A DNA stretch of 64,000 bases, taken from NCBI GenBank assembly GCA_024460105.1, contig JANFXS010000001.1:151895-215894 (forward strand). The letters are read 5' to 3'. Below, piece by piece: positions 60,964-64,000 of this stretch (its first letter is position 1; each line of letters begins with the position of its first letter). The stretch is from Anaerotignum faecicola (lineage in GTDB: Bacteria > Bacillota > Clostridia > Lachnospirales > Anaerotignaceae). The position numbers were made by a program, and so were the translations under genes. Below the pieces are notes generated by a model that worked only from the letters and a program-made list of their open reading frames with translations, did not search any database and was not told where the DNA came from.

Positions 60964-61016
60964 TATTCATAAAAAGAGAGCTAACTGATTTTGATTAGTC
61001 AGTTGGCTCTCTTTTT
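60964..61016. terminator. Bidirectional terminator at the boundary between guaA and the mobile element
   Basis: AAAAAGAGAGCTAACTGA-ttttga-TTAGTCAGTTGGCTCTCTTTTTCTTTTT. A long stem with flanking A and T runs. Confidence 0.65.
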
Positions 61017-61074
61017 CTTTTTATTATTATTCTGTGCAACAAACGGCCTCTCCCGTGGCCTACAAGTGAGAGGG

Positions 61075-61563
61075 TCAAACGAGATCCTGGGGCGGCATCT
61101 TCACATAGTTCTGAGCCTTGTCAAACTCCGGGTAGTGGTAGCGCCACTTGTCGTAATCCTCTTTGGAAATCTCGCCCGCCTCCAACATGGTAGCGGCCTG
61201 CTGCCATGAACAGAGCATCTCGTGCAGTCGGGCAGCGTCCTTGTTCTTCCGAACATCGACCTTCAAGCAGATTTCTCCATCCATCTCGTTAACCTTGAGC
61301 CCGTAGTTATCCTCCAGGGTAAACAGCGTGTGCATCAGCCCTACATAGGAGTCTATGTCCGGAACAGAGAGCGCATGGGGCGAGACATCCAGCACCTCAG
61401 CCAGGGCGGCGGTCAGGTCTGCCTTAGGGGTTCTTGATCCTGTTTCGTACTGTGCAAGGCGCACATCAGCAGACTTCTCCGGGAAGCCCAGTGACATGCC
61501 AAGATATTTTTGTGTCATCCCCCGCAGGAGACGGAAAAAGTGAATTCGTTCACCAATCGCCAT
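61075..61563 (-). CDS. XRE-family HTH transcriptional regulator, putative element repressor
   Basis: 162 aa. N-terminal HTH (IHFFRLLRGMTQKYLGMSLG...). Confidence 0.7.
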   Translation of the reverse strand: MAIGERIHFFRLLRGMTQKYLGMSLGFPEKSADVRLAQYETGSRTPKADLTAALAEVLDVSPHALSVPDIDSYVGLMHTLFTLEDNYGLKVNEMDGEICLKVDVRKNKDAARLHEMLCSWQQAATMLEAGEISKEDYDKWRYHYPEFDKAQNYVKMPPQDLV

Positions 61564-61834
61564 ATCATCAACTCCAATCGTTAGCTGTCTTTATAAAAAG
61601 CGTAGCAGAAATGCTTAGGAAAGTCAAGAGAATACTAAACAATTTTATTTAATTTATTTTGTGTGCGCTGATTGACACAAGCTATTATGCTTAGTTAGAA
61701 TAACTGAAGAAACTTTTTTCAAAATTCTTGGGTGCAAAATCTGAAAAAAGTGGCAGTAGAGAGTAAGGAGGTCTTTATGAAAAACAAAATTGGCAGGCAG
61801 AAACAACCAACAAGGAAAGGAAGGTATTTTATTT

Positions 61835-62032
61835 ATGCAGAAACAGAGTTTTATGCGAGCAGACGAAGTTGCTCAAGAATTGGGCATCTCCAAATCCCAC
61901 GCCTACAAGGTAATCCATGGGCTTAACGAAGAATTGCAGGAGAAAGGATATTTGACCATCTCCGGCCGTGTCAATCGAGAATTCTTTAGGGAGAAGTATT
62001 ACTATACCAAAACAGCAAAGGAGGAGTCATAA
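61835..62032 (+). CDS. Excisionase/HTH_17-like small DNA-binding protein
   Basis: MQKQSFMRADEVAQELGISKSHAYKVIHGLNEEL... with a GGAAGG RBS. Immediately upstream of, and overlapping by 1 nt, the integrase gene. The track start at 61790 is probably too early. Confidence 0.55.
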   Translation: MQKQSFMRADEVAQELGISKSHAYKVIHGLNEELQEKGYLTISGRVNREFFREKYYYTKTAKEES

Positions 62033-63105
62033 TGGCCGTTTACAAGGAAGAAAAAACCGGCACCTGGCGAGCAGTTTATCGCTATACCGACTGGAATGGT
62101 GAGCGGAAGCAGACCCAGAAACGCGGTTTTAAGACCAAGCGAGAGGCACAGGCCTGGGAGCGTGAACAGATTCATAAAACCAGTGCCGACCGGGATATGA
62201 ACTTCAAAAGCTTTGTGGAACTTTACACAGCGGATATGAAGACCCGGCTCAAGGAAAACACTTGGGCCACAAAGGAGCATATTATCCGCACCAAGCTGCT
62301 CCCCTACTTCGGCAAGCTGAAGATGTGTAACATCACCGCCCAGCAGATTATCACCTGGCAGAACGAGATGATGAACCATAAGGATGAAAATGGGCAACCT
62401 TATTCACCTGTGTACCTTAAGACGGTTCACAATCAACTCAGTGCAATCTTTAACCATGCAGTACGGTATTACAATCTCCGTGATAACCCTTGTAAAAAGG
62501 CAGGCAGCATGGGGAAAAAGAAAAACCGAGAGATGATGTTCTGGACTAAGGAGCAGTATTTGAAATTTGCCGAGGTGATGATGGATAAACCGCTATCCTT
62601 CTATGCCTTTGAGATGCTTTACTGGTGCGGTATCCGAGAGGGAGAACTTCTGGCTCTGACCCCGGCAGATTTTGACTTTGAGAAGCGCACTGTCACCATC
62701 AACAAATCCTATCAGCGGCTAAACGGGCAGGATTTGATTACCACTCCAAAAACAGAAAAGAGCAATCGTGTCATCACTATGCCGCAGTTTCTGGCAGAGG
62801 AAATTCAGGATTACCTCAAAATGCTCTACGGCATTGGAGCAAATGACCGAATGTTCACCGTCACCAAGAGTTATCTCCACCGGGAGATGGATAGAGGCTC
62901 CAAAGAGGCCGGAGTCCCGCGTATCCGAATCCACGATATTCGTCACAGCGCAGTTTCGCTTTTGATCGACATGGGGTTCTCCGCCACAGCCATCGCAGAT
63001 CGGGTGGGTCATGAGAGCATCGACATCACTTACAATTATGCACACCTGTTTCCGTCCAAACAAACGGAAATGGCAGATAAATTGAATATGGAAAGGGGCA
63101 ATTAA
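62032..63105 (+). CDS. int: Tyrosine site-specific integrase
   Basis: 357 aa. N-terminal SAM-like domain, then a catalytic domain with R...HDIRHS...ITYNYAHLF (the R-H-R-Y tetrad). Confidence 0.9.
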   Translation: MAVYKEEKTGTWRAVYRYTDWNGERKQTQKRGFKTKREAQAWEREQIHKTSADRDMNFKSFVELYTADMKTRLKENTWATKEHIIRTKLLPYFGKLKMCNITAQQIITWQNEMMNHKDENGQPYSPVYLKTVHNQLSAIFNHAVRYYNLRDNPCKKAGSMGKKKNREMMFWTKEQYLKFAEVMMDKPLSFYAFEMLYWCGIREGELLALTPADFDFEKRTVTINKSYQRLNGQDLITTPKTEKSNRVITMPQFLAEEIQDYLKMLYGIGANDRMFTVTKSYLHREMDRGSKEAGVPRIRIHDIRHSAVSLLIDMGFSATAIADRVGHESIDITYNYAHLFPSKQTEMADKLNMERGN

Positions 63106-63107
63106 AA

Positions 63108-63443
63108 ATGTCAGCAAAAAATTTGGATAAGCACAATCGTTGGAGAAACAAGGCCGTATCTTTCCGGGTCTCCCCTGAGGAGGATGCCCAGATTGAAACA
63201 GCAGTCAAGCTCATCGGACTGACCAAGCAGGATTATATCATCCGTCGGCTGCTCTGCCGGGATGTGGTGGTGCAGGGAAATCCAAGAGTCTATAAGGCAC
63301 TGCGAGATCAGCTGGCTGCTGTGCTGGACGAGCTGCACCGTATTGAAGCCGGGCAAGGAGTAAATGAGGAACTGTTGGACACCATTCAGATGATCACAAC
63401 CATTATGAAAGGAATGCAGGAGGATATTGCCTATGATCGATGA
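63108..63443 (+). CDS. MobC-like/RHH mobilisation accessory protein
   Basis: 111 aa. KAVSFRVSPEEDAQIETAVKLIGLTKQDYIIRRL resembles MobC family proteins. Confidence 0.45.
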   Translation: MSAKNLDKHNRWRNKAVSFRVSPEEDAQIETAVKLIGLTKQDYIIRRLLCRDVVVQGNPRVYKALRDQLAAVLDELHRIEAGQGVNEELLDTIQMITTIMKGMQEDIAYDR

Positions 63444-64000
63444 AAAAAAGAAAATGACCACCCATGCTTCATCTGTTGGCGCAGACGATGGGCAGTCAAT
63501 CTCTAAAAACTCTGACATTAGTATAACCACTTCTAAGGAAGAAATCAACGATGAAGTTGTAAATCCTCAGGAAAGCCTGGAAGAAATGTACCGCAAGATA
63601 CAGCGCATGAGCGACCCAGCTTACCTGCACACTGTAACCCTGGACGAGCTGATGGACAATGTGTTTGAGGTAAAGTCTGCGGTGATTGAAAACCTGCTCT
63701 ATACTGGAGCATATATCCTTGCCGGAGCGCCCAAAATCGGCAAATCTTTTCTGGTGGCGCAAATCGCCCACCATGTCAGCACTGGGCAGGATTTGTGGGG
63801 CTACAAAGTTCATCAGGGAACAGTCCTCTATCTTGCTTTGGAAGATGACGAAAGCCGTTTGCAACGCAGGATGTTCCGCATGTTCGGTGTGGAGGGGACA
63901 AGCTCTCTCCACTTTGCTACCAGTGCCAAGATGATCGGCAGCGGTCTGGATGAACAACTTGAAAAATTTGTCCGTGAACACAGCGACACCAAGCTCATTA
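63433..64000 (+). CDS. Partial CDS: AAA_25/RepA-like ATPase (primase-helicase-type) of the mobile element, truncated by the window end
   Basis: Frame open from ATG at 63433 to the window end. It is absent from the ORF track because it has no stop in the window. Walker A LAGAPKIGKSFLVAQIA and Walker B LYLALEDDE. Confidence 0.6.
   Translation, partial: MIDEKKKMTTHASSVGADDGQSISKNSDISITTSKEEINDEVVNPQESLEEMYRKIQRMSDPAYLHTVTLDELMDNVFEVKSAVIENLLYTGAYILAGAPKIGKSFLVAQIAHHVSTGQDLWGYKVHQGTVLYLALEDDESRLQRRMFRMFGVEGTSSLHFATSAKMIGSGLDEQLEKFVREHSDTKLI

Larger units (their letters stand above)
61020..64000. mobile_element. Left end of an integrative/mobilizable element inserted 3' of guaA. It runs past the window end.
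   Basis: Abrupt rise in GC content after about 61020. The gene set is XRE repressor (-), excisionase-like HTH, tyrosine integrase, MobC-like protein and an AAA_25 ATPase. Confidence 0.7.

Overview
This 64 kb window looks like a chromosomal segment from a low-GC, spore-forming Firmicute (Clostridia-like). spoVT, a CotH-family gene and the yaaT-holB-darA-tmk arrangement all point that way. Nearly all genes are on the minus strand.

The window holds the following, all on the minus strand unless stated:
- An LctBCD-like lactate dehydrogenase/Etf locus, with a ferredoxin-fused EtfA.
- A thiW-thiM-thiE-HAD thiamine-salvage operon.
- mfd, the holB/yaaT/darA/tmk cluster, signal peptidase I and a phosphohexomutase.
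- Two separate sigma-54 activator/promoter regulons: an MFS transporter with a CN-hydrolase, and a YfcC transporter with PepD and a PepV-like dipeptidase.
- An RtcB RNA-ligase operon (SPFH/band-7 protein, RtcB, Pol-beta nucleotidyltransferase) sitting directly downstream of two tandem wHTH-WYL-WCX regulators.
- A secreted serpin, divergent from an orphan Type-III-Mod-like DNA methyltransferase (plus strand).
- A Gly-Arg-Leu tRNA cluster.
- RdgB, YfcE and EcsC genes.
- spoVT and guaA, both on the plus strand.
- A CotH-DUF4956-VTC trio with an adjacent two-component system.
- A P1/DmpA peptidase.

The right edge (about 61.0 kb to the window end) enters a higher-GC integrative/mobilizable element inserted just 3' of guaA. 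It carries an XRE repressor, an excisionase-like HTH, a tyrosine integrase, a MobC-like protein and the start of an AAA_25 ATPase.

The finding I rate highest (0.75) is the tandem-WYL/RtcB module. Next (0.65) is a roughly 270 nt GC-rich repeat present in at least two full copies and one partial inverted copy; it has conserved internal complementarity and sits in otherwise AT-rich intergenic DNA. I found no CRISPR array and no rRNA.
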